64,000 bases of DNA from Candidatus Poribacteria bacterium (GCA_965198175.1 OZ240245.1:4832001-4896000); one strand, 5' to 3'; positions 51,699 through 61,310 are shown, counted from the stretch's first letter. Program-made: numbers and translations. The notes: generated by a model from the sequence alone, not told the origin.

Positions 51699-51769
51699 AA
51701 CTGACCGAATAGGGAAGGCGATAGTCTTCACTGTCGGTTAAAACTATCGCCTTCCCTATTCGGTCAGTT
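51699..51769. repeat. perfect 27-bp inverted repeat mini-element
   Basis: aactgaccgaatagggaaggcgatagt / actatcgccttccctattcggtcagtt with a 17-nt loop. Confidence 0.85.
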
Positions 51770-51785
51770 GATCGTTTAACCGATT

Positions 51786-52631
51786 TTGAAGCCCATGCAA
51801 ATCGGTCTCACTTCGGATCTGCATTCCGACGTCACTTCGCTGAATAAGCAGATTCTTCCCTATATCGTCGAAGCGGTTGAGGAAGCAAATCTGGACCTTT
51901 TCGTACTAGCCGGCGACCTTTCTCCAAATCTCCTTGAACTCGCTAAGATTCTCGCCGCATTCTCTGAATCAAGTCTAGCCTGTCCAAAGTTATTTGTGCC
52001 GGGAAACCACGATATTTGGGTCACCAGACATCCTCATGTCACGAGCCAGCAGAAATATAGTGCAATCGAGAAGGTTTGCTATGAGTGCGGCTTCCACCCG
52101 CTCTCAGCCGACCCGCTTGTTGTTAACGATGTCGGCTTTTGTGGGACAATCGGCTGGTATGACTACTCGTTTCGGCGAGAGGCGCATAAAATTCCGAATG
52201 AGAGATATGCGGAAAAACAACTGTTTGGGGCGGTATGGAACGATTTGAAGTACGCGAAGTGGGAAACTGATGACGTTGAAGTTGCTCATCGCTTTGAGAA
52301 TGAACTGCAAAGCCAGATAAGTACAATTAAAGATTCTGTCCTTCGCATCGTTGTGACAACCCACCATGTCCCATTTCAGGCGTGTGTGCGCTATCGTGGC
52401 AAACTCCCGTGGGATTTCTTTAGTGCTTTCATGGGTAGTCAGGGCCTCGGTGAAATCTGTGTAAAAGAAACGCTTGTGACCCATGTGCTCTTTGGTCATA
52501 CCCATTTCCCGCTTCGTCAGCAGATTGGCGATGTCACAGCAATCTGTTCTCCTATCGGCTATCTGTATGAACCACCTAAACAGGGCTTAGCTGCCTACGC
52601 CCGTGAACGACTGGCACGTTTTGAAATTTGA
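51786..52631 (+). CDS. metallophosphoesterase (calcineurin-like)
   Basis: SDLH, AGD, PGNHD, THHVP and FGHTH. Confidence 0.9.
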   Translation: MKPMQIGLTSDLHSDVTSLNKQILPYIVEAVEEANLDLFVLAGDLSPNLLELAKILAAFSESSLACPKLFVPGNHDIWVTRHPHVTSQQKYSAIEKVCYECGFHPLSADPLVVNDVGFCGTIGWYDYSFRREAHKIPNERYAEKQLFGAVWNDLKYAKWETDDVEVAHRFENELQSQISTIKDSVLRIVVTTHHVPFQACVRYRGKLPWDFFSAFMGSQGLGEICVKETLVTHVLFGHTHFPLRQQIGDVTAICSPIGYLYEPPKQGLAAYARERLARFEI

Positions 52632-52790
52632 AATATCAGTTGGTCCGAAACAAGGTCGCCATGCGATAAGATTTCCGTTGACCGACATGTGAGAAAATGA
52701 TTAAAATAGTTGAACCACCCCTGCCAAAGCTGTAAGAAAAGGAGTGATTTCAATTTCTGAAATTTAGCCATTGTTTGTTAGGAGTTTAGT

Positions 52791-54203
52791 ATGACCGATG
52801 TAACAAATCATCAGTACCCTGTGGGCAGTGAGCAAAGACCGCTTCGTACCGCCATCGTCGGATCGGGACCTTCAGGTTTTTATGCGGCAGAGGCGCTGCT
52901 CCAGCAAGAGAACGTTGTGGTCGATGTCGATATATTTGACCGGTTGCCTACACCCTATGGTCTTGTTCGGTTTGGGGTAGCTCCCGATCACCAAAAAATC
53001 AAGAATGTGATTCGGATGTACGAGCGAACTGCGGCGCATCCACGTTTTCGTTTCTTCGGTAACGTCCAGTTCGGGTGCGATCTGCAAGCGGAAGATCTCA
53101 AGGCGCACTACGATCAGATTGTATTTGCAGTCGGAAATGAGACAGATCGAAAACTCGATATTCCTGGCGAAGCGCTCGAAGGCAGCTATACCGCTACAGC
53201 GTTTGTCGCTTGGTATAACGGGCACCCTGATTATCTGGATGCACACTTTAATTTGACTCATCACCGAGTAGTCGTCGTGGGAATTGGAAACGTGGCAATG
53301 GATGTAGCACGCGTGCTGGCAAAGTCGCCCGATGAGTTGGCAAAGACCGATATGACGGACTACGCCCTGGAATCCCTGCGAGGGAGCCGCGTAAAAGAAA
53401 TTGTGATACTGGGCCGCCGGGGTGCCGCACAGGCGGCTTTTTCCCCCAAGGAAATCAAAGAAATCGGAACGCTTCACGGGGTAGACTTAGTCGTTGATCC
53501 CGCGAATGTTACACTGGATGAAGAATCCAGTGTGTTACTGACTGACAGCAAACAAGCACGAGAGAACGTCAGATACCTAACAGAAAAGTCAGGGGAAGGA
53601 CTGGGGACAAATCCCAAAAAGGTCTTCCTTCGACTACTTCGTTCGCCTGTGGAGATTATGGGGGACAATGGACGGGTAACCGGCGTCAAAATCGAGAAAA
53701 ATGCGCTCTATAAGGATGACAAGGGGAGCCTCCGTCCTCGCGGAACTGAAGAATATGAAACCCTCTCGTGCGGCGCCATCTTCCGATCGGTGGGCTATCA
53801 CGGGATCCCTCTGCCAGGTGTCCCCTTCCATGAGAAATGGGGAATTATCCCGAATGATCGAGGTCGTGTCATTGATTCCAAGACCCAAAAGTTCGTACCT
53901 GGACAGTACGTGGTGGGTTGGATTAAGCGTGGTCCCTCAGGTCTCGTAGGTGACAACAAGCCGGATGCCGCCGAGACCGTCCGGTGCATGTTGGAAGACG
54001 TTGATGGTAAAGTTGCGCCCGTGTCCGAAGACAAGCAACCACAAGCCATCGAGCGGCTCTTGAGTTCCAGAAATATTGCCTATTTGACATTCTCGGACTG
54101 GAAGAAGCTAGATGCCCTGGAGACCGAGAACGGAAAAATTGTAGGAAAGGTCCGAGATAAGTTCGTGAACCTCTCCGATATGCTCAAGGCTGTCGGTAAG
54201 TAG
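52791..54203 (+). CDS. fprA: ferredoxin--NADP+ reductase, adrenodoxin-reductase/FprA type
   Basis: GSGPSG, PYGLVRFGVAPDH, WYNGHPD, GIGNVAMDVAR and GWIKRGPSG. Confidence 0.88.
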   Translation: MTDVTNHQYPVGSEQRPLRTAIVGSGPSGFYAAEALLQQENVVVDVDIFDRLPTPYGLVRFGVAPDHQKIKNVIRMYERTAAHPRFRFFGNVQFGCDLQAEDLKAHYDQIVFAVGNETDRKLDIPGEALEGSYTATAFVAWYNGHPDYLDAHFNLTHHRVVVVGIGNVAMDVARVLAKSPDELAKTDMTDYALESLRGSRVKEIVILGRRGAAQAAFSPKEIKEIGTLHGVDLVVDPANVTLDEESSVLLTDSKQARENVRYLTEKSGEGLGTNPKKVFLRLLRSPVEIMGDNGRVTGVKIEKNALYKDDKGSLRPRGTEEYETLSCGAIFRSVGYHGIPLPGVPFHEKWGIIPNDRGRVIDSKTQKFVPGQYVVGWIKRGPSGLVGDNKPDAAETVRCMLEDVDGKVAPVSEDKQPQAIERLLSSRNIAYLTFSDWKKLDALETENGKIVGKVRDKFVNLSDMLKAVGK

Positions 54204-54219
54204 TGAACATTGTAGTAGT

Positions 54220-54338
54220 GTAGGTTGTGTTGAATGATCAAGGGAGCGAACAGCGACTGCGATAGAACTCCTATAGCTATCGAGTGAAACTCAACGCTTT
54301 TTCTGTTCCGTACGTAGATTGATACAGTAAAACCCAAC
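54220..54338. repeat. GTAG REP-like left half
   Basis: gtaggttgtgttgaatgatcaa ... gagtgaaactcaac ... aaacccaac. Confidence 0.6.
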
Positions 54339-54362
54339 TCTCCATCCAAGTGAGGACGAAAA

Positions 54363-57300
54363 ATGGAACATGAAAAAAACGCCGATACTGGCGAAGCTTG
54401 GGGTACTCGCGTTTCGCCGCCACCGAGTGATGCCCAAAGAGAGCGATTTGGTTATCAACCCCTTGATTACCAGACGACATTTTGTGAGGCGCATCTCGGA
54501 CGCCACGCGCCAATAAACAATCAAACCGCCATTGGAATCCCCGGCTGCGTTCCGTTGCCATTCAGTTACTTGATGCAAGGCCGATACAGCGAATTTGACC
54601 TGCGTTTTGGCTTGTTGACGGACGAAGGAAAAGAAATGCGCCCCTACGTCCTCGACAATTTTAAACAGGAATCCCCCGGCGGCTGGATGCCGGGTTGTAT
54701 CAATCAATGGGACAATCGCGGGGTGCGTTACCGCGTTTCTGTCATCACGGTTCCCAACGACCCGCAGCCCTTCGACCTCTACGCTATATCGCTCAAGAAC
54801 ACAGCTAGCTACCCGGAAAAAGGCAGGCTCATTGTGACTATTGACGGCGCACCAACTCTGAAGGCTGACGGCGACCTTATCTCAGATCGCGACAAGCCGA
54901 TGGTGGTTATGGAGCCTGTCGTTCCAACCGAAAGCATCGCACGTCCGATCGGCTGCGTCGATCCGCGCACCACTCCCGCCGCTCCCTGGGAACACGATGC
55001 TCCGCGAACCACAATCTGGATACGACACCGGAACGGCTGGTACGGGACCCCTATCGAATACCTGATGAAGGTTGACAAGGGTGAGCAGCTGCAAGTGTTC
55101 CTCGGCTACAGCGGTGTTCCGAACATCACAACCCCCAATTGGGATGAACCCCGTGATAAGATGGAACCGGACATCCGTGACCTGCATACCCCCTTGCCCA
55201 GAGAGATAATCGCGTCAGTGGAAGGCGATCCGCATCCACAAAGGCTCAGCTTAGAACGGTTGAAGCACGTTGTTCAGCGGTTCGTCGGGGAAGATACGGA
55301 CGGAGATGGATATATCAAAATATCAGTTCGAGCGACGCCTGAATCTCGTCAACCCGCCATGCTCAGTTGGATTCGCGCCTACAAAACCGATGTCGAACTC
55401 AGCCCCGACGTGATTGAGGCTGACGTTGATGGAACGATTGGCGAATATATCATCGATTCGGAACACCACGCGGGCGGGCCCGGGGCGTTCCTACGCGAAT
55501 TGAAATCGAAAGCCGATGCGCAGGAAATGATAGGAGAATTGCTTCGCTACGAGGTGGACGTTGGTCGAGACTTTAATGATGGTGTTGCTGGCTTGCGCGA
55601 ATCGTTCGGCGTGGACCTCACCGCGTTTGCCCTTCGCTTACACTATGCTCCCACGCTGGAGCCCGGTGAAGAACAACAATTTCTGCTGCGTATCCCAGCG
55701 ATTGACAGACCGGAACCGTCGCCTTACGGCAACCCCTATCACCCGTATGACACCGATGAAAACTGGCGAGTTCATCTAGAGCCGCGTTACCCGGATAATC
55801 CAGCAGACTACGGTGAAGATGTGCCGCCCGGACGCAACCCCGAAGAATATGCAATCTACGGTCCCAAGCCGCGAACACTCTGGATGGAACAGGAAAAGAG
55901 CGCCCGAAACCTTCGTTGGGAAGAAGCATTGGACCGAGTCTCAACCTATTGGAACGACTTCATTGCGTCTTCAACCCGATTCATAACCCCAGAACCGGTT
56001 GTTGAAGACACCTATCACCACCACCTTGCAACACTGATCCTCCATCAGACATACCTTGGCGCGAAGGATTTGCCGCTCATGATGTGCGGTCCTTTCTATT
56101 ATTGGGATCACACCATTAGAGACTGCGCTTACCAACATGTTGCTATGGGATACGCCGGATTTCTCGACCTACACCGCGCCCTAGTTCAAACTGTCCTAAC
56201 GCCGCGGGAGCAGCTGCCTCGAACCCGATGGACGCTAGGACAGTGGGGACCCGGTGACCCCAGCCGCGATGGCATCTGGGTGACGCGGACTCGACAGTTC
56301 GACGCTCAAGGACAAACGCTATGGTGCGCGCTTGAGTATTGGAGGTTGAGCGGGGATTACGAATGGCTTGCACAAAACTATCGCTCCCTCGCTCGCGGCG
56401 CAGATTGGGTTATCCGTATGAGAGAGGCGGAATGCCAACGCCTGAACCAACCTGAGAGACCGGAATATGGACTAATGCCGCCCTCTTCCGGCGAAGGCGG
56501 AGGCGGAGGACACTGTTTCTACGTCAATGCGTTCGCATATCTGGGGTTTCGGTTGATGGCTAAAGCTGCGATGGCGTTGAACAAGGCTCAAGACGCAACC
56601 CGCTACGCGGAACAAGCGGAAGACCTGAAGCGAGCTCTTCATCGATCTATTGAGATGAGTTTTGTCCGATTTAACGACTTCGCGGGCACCATCCCCACTA
56701 ATGTTGCAATTGGCGAAGCACAAAAGGAGGGCACCTTCGAGACTGCCTTCGGTGGTGTTCTCGTCCATCCCTGCGGCGTGATAGCACCGCACGACCCACT
56801 GATGAACGCTTTTTTCCGGTTTCGAGAATACCTCGGTCATACAACCGGTGGGCTGATGGTTTGGCCCTATATCTTTGTGGATTTGGCGTTGGGCTATATT
56901 CACCGCGGCGAGCCTGATCGGGCATCGGATCTGTTCTACGCCTTTTTAGCCAACGGCTCTACCACTCACGATTGGAGCGAGGTGCAAAGTCTCAACGTCG
57001 AGTACGCGGAATTTACACCGCCGAGACGAGGGGTTAAGGGTGGTGGCGATTCACCGCATTCGGAAGCCTGCTCTAACTACATCCATTTTCTACGCAACCT
57101 CATGCTCCTTGAAGAGGAGGACGAAATACTGCATCTTGCCCCAGCCACCCCACGCAAGTGGCTCGCGCAACCCAAACCGATCGGCATAGAAAACGCACCG
57201 AGCCACTTTGGACCGGTGACTTATCATTTGGCAGCAGATGCGAATCAAACCACGATTCGAGGAGATGTCCAGCTATCCCCTCAGCGCAAACCCCGTCGAT

Positions 57301-57449
57301 TGTTGATTCACGTCCGCGGACCTAGCGGCAGGGGATTGCGCTCAGTAAAGCTGAATGACCAGACCTGGGATGCGTTCCTGAAAGATACAGTCATTGTCGA
57401 TAATCCCCCTAGCAAAATTACGCTAGAGACAGAATATAGGACCAATTAG
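54363..57449 (+). CDS. large six-hairpin glycosidase-like protein
   Basis: C-terminal (alpha/alpha)6-type motifs (IRD, QFDAQGQTLW, EYWRLSGD..WL, PHSEA, LAPATPRKW, APSHFG); the family is not assignable by eye. Confidence 0.65.
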   Translation: MEHEKNADTGEAWGTRVSPPPSDAQRERFGYQPLDYQTTFCEAHLGRHAPINNQTAIGIPGCVPLPFSYLMQGRYSEFDLRFGLLTDEGKEMRPYVLDNFKQESPGGWMPGCINQWDNRGVRYRVSVITVPNDPQPFDLYAISLKNTASYPEKGRLIVTIDGAPTLKADGDLISDRDKPMVVMEPVVPTESIARPIGCVDPRTTPAAPWEHDAPRTTIWIRHRNGWYGTPIEYLMKVDKGEQLQVFLGYSGVPNITTPNWDEPRDKMEPDIRDLHTPLPREIIASVEGDPHPQRLSLERLKHVVQRFVGEDTDGDGYIKISVRATPESRQPAMLSWIRAYKTDVELSPDVIEADVDGTIGEYIIDSEHHAGGPGAFLRELKSKADAQEMIGELLRYEVDVGRDFNDGVAGLRESFGVDLTAFALRLHYAPTLEPGEEQQFLLRIPAIDRPEPSPYGNPYHPYDTDENWRVHLEPRYPDNPADYGEDVPPGRNPEEYAIYGPKPRTLWMEQEKSARNLRWEEALDRVSTYWNDFIASSTRFITPEPVVEDTYHHHLATLILHQTYLGAKDLPLMMCGPFYYWDHTIRDCAYQHVAMGYAGFLDLHRALVQTVLTPREQLPRTRWTLGQWGPGDPSRDGIWVTRTRQFDAQGQTLWCALEYWRLSGDYEWLAQNYRSLARGADWVIRMREAECQRLNQPERPEYGLMPPSSGEGGGGGHCFYVNAFAYLGFRLMAKAAMALNKAQDATRYAEQAEDLKRALHRSIEMSFVRFNDFAGTIPTNVAIGEAQKEGTFETAFGGVLVHPCGVIAPHDPLMNAFFRFREYLGHTTGGLMVWPYIFVDLALGYIHRGEPDRASDLFYAFLANGSTTHDWSEVQSLNVEYAEFTPPRRGVKGGGDSPHSEACSNYIHFLRNLMLLEEEDEILHLAPATPRKWLAQPKPIGIENAPSHFGPVTYHLAADANQTTIRGDVQLSPQRKPRRLLIHVRGPSGRGLRSVKLNDQTWDAFLKDTVIVDNPPSKITLETEYRTN

Positions 57450-57586
57450 CACTGGTGATTGTATGTTGATACAAGGGCTTCGGAGAAACCTAAAAGCCCC
57501 CCTGACAAGGGGGGTTGTTTATCATTGTGACGGTTCGAGAGTTGTGTGGTTTGGAATTGCCGCTCTGTTGAACGCAATTTTGAAGC

Positions 57587-57619
57587 GTCGGGTATCGCCG
57601 TTGGCTCAACCCAACCTGC
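57587..57619. repeat. GTAG REP-like right half
   Basis: gtcgggt ... ctcaacccaacctgc. Confidence 0.6.
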
Positions 57620-57625
57620 AAGAGC

Positions 57626-58132
57626 TTAGCAGCAGTATATCGCAAGCTCATCCGTCTCGCGTTTCTTGCAGCAGTCCTCTTTGGCTTCAATTCTTTTTAT
57701 ACGCTTGATATAGTCTCCAGGAAGACGCGCTTCCACTGCCCCTGTCAAGACATGCTTCTTGTACCATGTAAAAGGCTTCAAGCGTGGGTTGGTCTTTGTA
57801 GGATTAGCATAGTAAGTTACAGCACAGACGGTGGAACCACAATCCAATTCGACTGTTACGTCTTTTCCAAAATATTCGCATCCTAGTCCCTCGTAACAAT
57901 CAAGATCTTTCTTATGTTCGCAATTAATGTGAAACACGCGCCCCCATACGACGTCGGACGCTGATGAATGCACAATATCGCACTTGCCCGATTCATCCCT
58001 ACCGATTTTGTGAAATTCAAGACGGTGGCAACGGAGTATTGCCCTTGCTATCGGCTTGGCGGACTTAACTCTATATTTGAGTCTTTTTAAGGACATATTT
58101 GAACCGTACGCAAAATACTTTATAGTACTCAT
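57626..58132 (-). CDS. gamma-glutamylcyclotransferase (AIG2-like)
   Basis: YFAYGSNM, VWG and LD.YEG. Confidence 0.88.
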   Translation of the reverse strand: MSTIKYFAYGSNMSLKRLKYRVKSAKPIARAILRCHRLEFHKIGRDESGKCDIVHSSASDVVWGRVFHINCEHKKDLDCYEGLGCEYFGKDVTVELDCGSTVCAVTYYANPTKTNPRLKPFTWYKKHVLTGAVEARLPGDYIKRIKRIEAKEDCCKKRETDELAIYCC

Positions 58133-58165
58133 TGGCATTCCTTTCAACTTGGTTGACACTAAAAT

Positions 58166-58202
58166 GTAGGTTGGGTTGAGCGATCAACGCAACCTAACCC
58201 GC
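58166..58202. repeat. GTAG-ended REP-like palindrome
   Basis: gtaggttgggttgagcgatcaacgcaacctaacccgc, whose 5' half is nearly identical to the 4527 copy. Confidence 0.7.
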
Positions 58203-58234
58203 CGACATGTGATTCTCATGGTTTCCAGTTTCCA

Positions 58235-58978
58235 TTACTTCGGAATGAGCGCCATGGCGCGGATTGGCGATCCCGATCCGCCTTTAATCTTTAGGGGGGC
58301 GGCAATGAAAAAGCAGCGCGCGGGTAACTTTTCTAAGCTGTAGAGGCATTCTATCTCAAAGATATGGTTGGGGAGCAAATACTGTTTATGCCCATACGGA
58401 GTCGTCTCTACGCCGTCGAGCGCGGCAATCTCACAAGCGAAGGTGTCCGTACCTACCGCTTTGACGTTGCGTTCTAACAACAGCTTACAAACATCTTCCG
58501 CCATGCCCGGCGAGTTCCGTGAGTACCAACTCCACTCCCGATCAGTCCGCCAATACCGCCGCATCCAATCGAAATTGAACAGGACAATGTCACCTTCTGA
58601 TATGGTGACGCCAGTCTTGTTTTCCCACTGCAACACCTGTGCCGCTGTTAATAAATCTCCCGCCCTAAGACCGAGTTCAGTCATGTCAAGAACAACAGCA
58701 GGCCCCATAATGCTATCCGGTGGATACGCATCAATCGTATATTCCATCATTGTGGGGTTGAGATGCGCAGGAGCATCCACGTGCGAACCAATATGCTCAG
58801 GTAAAAATATCGTCTGGCAGAAATAGCCGTCATGCTCATGCGTGATTGTCGGGTGAATGACTAGGGGCGGGTGCGTTGGTGCCTTGGGCGCGCCATTTTC
58901 CAGCAGGGGGGAGAGATCCACAACTTCAAACTGCTTAAACAGTGCCATAAACTGATCCAGGGGTGTCTGATTAGACAT
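58235..58978 (-). CDS. cyclase-family metal-dependent hydrolase (kynurenine formamidase-like)
   Basis: EHIGSHVDAPAH, VGTD and PLKIKGGSGSPIRA. Confidence 0.88.
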   Translation of the reverse strand: MSNQTPLDQFMALFKQFEVVDLSPLLENGAPKAPTHPPLVIHPTITHEHDGYFCQTIFLPEHIGSHVDAPAHLNPTMMEYTIDAYPPDSIMGPAVVLDMTELGLRAGDLLTAAQVLQWENKTGVTISEGDIVLFNFDWMRRYWRTDREWSWYSRNSPGMAEDVCKLLLERNVKAVGTDTFACEIAALDGVETTPYGHKQYLLPNHIFEIECLYSLEKLPARCFFIAAPLKIKGGSGSPIRAMALIPK

Positions 58979-58996
58979 CATCCACCTCCCTTGCAT

Positions 58997-59323
58997 TTAG
59001 AAGTCATCGGGAACCTGAATTTCAAGCGCCAACAAGGCGGAACTCAATACCTTGCCATAGGCATCCATGGTCAGGGTGCGGGTGGAGCCGCCATCCAGCG
59101 CATTATAGAGCACGAAGTTGAGCGCACCCATCCGAGGCAGTTCGTATCTTTCCACCTCTCCTTTGACAGTTCCCTTAAAGAATTCCTTGACGCGTTCAGC
59201 AGTGACTTCCCGCTTAATCAACTCATAATGCTGTTTATCGTAAACGATGAGTCCGATGTTCCCAGTGTCTCCCTTATCTCCGGACCTAGAATGACAAATT
59301 TCTCGGAGTTGAATCGTCTTCAT
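58997..59323 (-). CDS. AtuA-related small ferredoxin-fold protein
   Basis: HSRSGDKGD..NIG, VERYELP..ALNF and D.YGK. Confidence 0.75.
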   Translation of the reverse strand: MKTIQLREICHSRSGDKGDTGNIGLIVYDKQHYELIKREVTAERVKEFFKGTVKGEVERYELPRMGALNFVLYNALDGGSTRTLTMDAYGKVLSSALLALEIQVPDDF

Positions 59324-59481
59324 TTCGCTTTTACACCTTACTTTAGTATAATTATGTTTACCTGAGTTTAAGTCATCAGCTCTTGCGATGATTTTGACCC
59401 TCATATGACCAAAAAAAAGAGCTTTGCCACCTACTTGACGGATAGGTTCTTGGGCAGAATGTGTCGAACCTCGGAGTACCG

Positions 59482-59510
59482 ATTCTAGCAGATCACGGTA
59501 GTTCTGTCAA
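59482..59510 (-). promoter_or_regulatory. sigma70-like promoter
   Basis: Minus strand TTGACA-17-TAGAAT. Confidence 0.65.
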
Positions 59511-59560
59511 CACTATTGGCATCGTTCCAATTTTGTTTCCACGCTAGCCCTGTTCTTTCT

Positions 59561-60055
59561 CTATAGCTCATAGAGAGTCTCATCAATATCTGGCTTCGGT
59601 TGTCCGCTTCCTTTCTTTCTCCGAGCTTCTAGCATTTGTGGTTCATCGGCTCCGAGCAAATCGCCCATCTCTTCTTCGATCTTATCAGGATCTTCTCCCT
59701 GTTCAAGGCGGCTCAAGGCTTCCTCCATCCCTGATTCCATGTTAAGTCCCGTTGCCTCGGAGAGCTTTCGCATCACCGCGGCTGCTTGGCGGGGGTCATC
59801 CTCGTTGATTTTTTCCGCTTCGCCGGCTAGCATAGCCATGGCTTTCTCCATTTTCGCCTCGTCCATCTGCGCCATATCTGTCTCAACGCTACCTTCGTCT
59901 TTTCTACTAGAAATCGTGGCAAATTTGGACAAGTTGCGTTTCAACTCGGTATTTTTGCATGTTGGGCAAATGGGTATTTTCTCGGTATTGACGGATCTGG
60001 AGAAGAATTGATAGACCGTATGACATGCTTTACAATAAAATTCGTAAATTGGCAT
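59561..60055 (-). CDS. FmdB-family zinc-ribbon protein
   Basis: MPIYEFYCKAC ... CPTC, followed by an acidic helical domain. Confidence 0.85.
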   Translation of the reverse strand: MPIYEFYCKACHTVYQFFSRSVNTEKIPICPTCKNTELKRNLSKFATISSRKDEGSVETDMAQMDEAKMEKAMAMLAGEAEKINEDDPRQAAAVMRKLSEATGLNMESGMEEALSRLEQGEDPDKIEEEMGDLLGADEPQMLEARRKKGSGQPKPDIDETLYEL

Positions 60056-60244
60056 CCAAATGCTCCTTGAAGAATATTCTGAGGCTCTCGGTTTCGCATA
60101 CGGCTGCTTTCTTAGTCTTGCAAGGGGAGCGGATTAACTGCGCCAAAAAGAGAAGCGAGTATCTCACCAAATGATGTTGACACAACCGTGTTCTAATTCG
60201 TCAATGTTATCTGAAAATCGGTAATCTTTCAAGCACAAAACTCA

Positions 60245-60430
60245 ATTATATCTTCCATCTCATAACTGATTGTACGCTTTGTCACCGTAGACTCGACGCC
60301 CCGGTGGCAAGAGGAATCTGAATGCCTAGCGATGGAGATTGGCATGGCTATGCGTTGGGGTTTTCGCGCGTTGTGTGCGTTTATCATCTACACGACAGAA
60401 CAAATGTGTGATAAAATCTATTTTGGTCAT
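60245..60430 (-). pseudogene. internally deleted IS982-like transposase remnant
   Basis: MTKIDFITHLFCRVDD... joined to LPPGRRVYGDKAYN..YEMED, with stops and frameshifts; GGAGG SD. Confidence 0.55.
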
Positions 60431-60673
60431 AAGTTGGGACTTCCTCCCGTTAATTGCGATAACGGTAAAATCGAAGAACTTGTCCCATGACCCCAATCCA
60501 AGAAGGTCCAAAGAGAAGCCGAGGTCTTTTGTTGAACCCTTTGGCTTCCAAAATTCAAACTGGCGCCATTGGTAAAGAATGAACCACGATTGGTCTAGTT
60601 TTTTTATTCTGATTTAACCACACATGATTCATCAACGCAAGTGTGAACACTTGTAAGCGCAAAGGAGATAGAC

Positions 60674-60994
60674 ATGTTTTTTGAACTTCGTCAGTATCGT
60701 ACAAAACCCGGTCAACGTGAGAATTGGGTGAAGTTTATGGAAGAGGCGATTATCCCTTTCCAAATCTCGCAGGGGATGGTGGTTGTCGGGAGTTTCGTTG
60801 GGCAGGAAGAAGACGATTTGTACGTCTGGATTCGTCGCTTCGAGAGCGAGGCGGAACGACAGCAACTGTACCAAGCAGTCTATGAAAGCGACCACTGGAA
60901 AAATGAGATTAGCCCCCATGTTCCCGACATGATTGATCGGGAGCGAAGCAAAATTATCCGTCTGCAAGCCACTCCCAAGTCGGTCATCCAATAA
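60674..60994 (+). CDS. NIPSNAP-family protein
   Basis: FELRQYRTKPG, YVWIRRFES and C-terminal RL.ATP.S. Confidence 0.88.
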   Translation: MFFELRQYRTKPGQRENWVKFMEEAIIPFQISQGMVVVGSFVGQEEDDLYVWIRRFESEAERQQLYQAVYESDHWKNEISPHVPDMIDRERSKIIRLQATPKSVIQ

Positions 60995-61310
60995 TGCAGA
61001 ATCGTCGCGAGAAATTCTAACAGTATAAACCTTCTTTAACGGCTCGAAGTCCTAACGTATCATACCAGGGTTAGGTGCACTCAGTGGCTTTTGCACCGCT
61101 ACGGCTTTCAATCTTTAGCCTAGCGTGCTAACTTACGGATTTTCCAATTTCCATTGATATTTCAAAGTAGATTTGTTATACTTTTTCTGGCAACACTATC
61201 CGAACTCCCTCTCAAGATCGGATGGATGAGTTAGAGGATTCGCGCGCAATGCGATTTTAAGCTGTTTTAGCTCATTCTACCTTTGAAGCAAAAAGAAAGG
61301 TTCATGTACT

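Noticed and set aside
59460..59480. tRNA (GGTTCGA T-loop-like motif; similar motifs at 6151 and 57532)
   Set aside because: No cloverleaf, D-arm or acceptor stem.
61100..61135. CIRCE element upstream of ftsH
   Set aside because: ttagcctagcgtgctaa lacks the TTAGCACTC-N9-GAGTGCTAA spacing.
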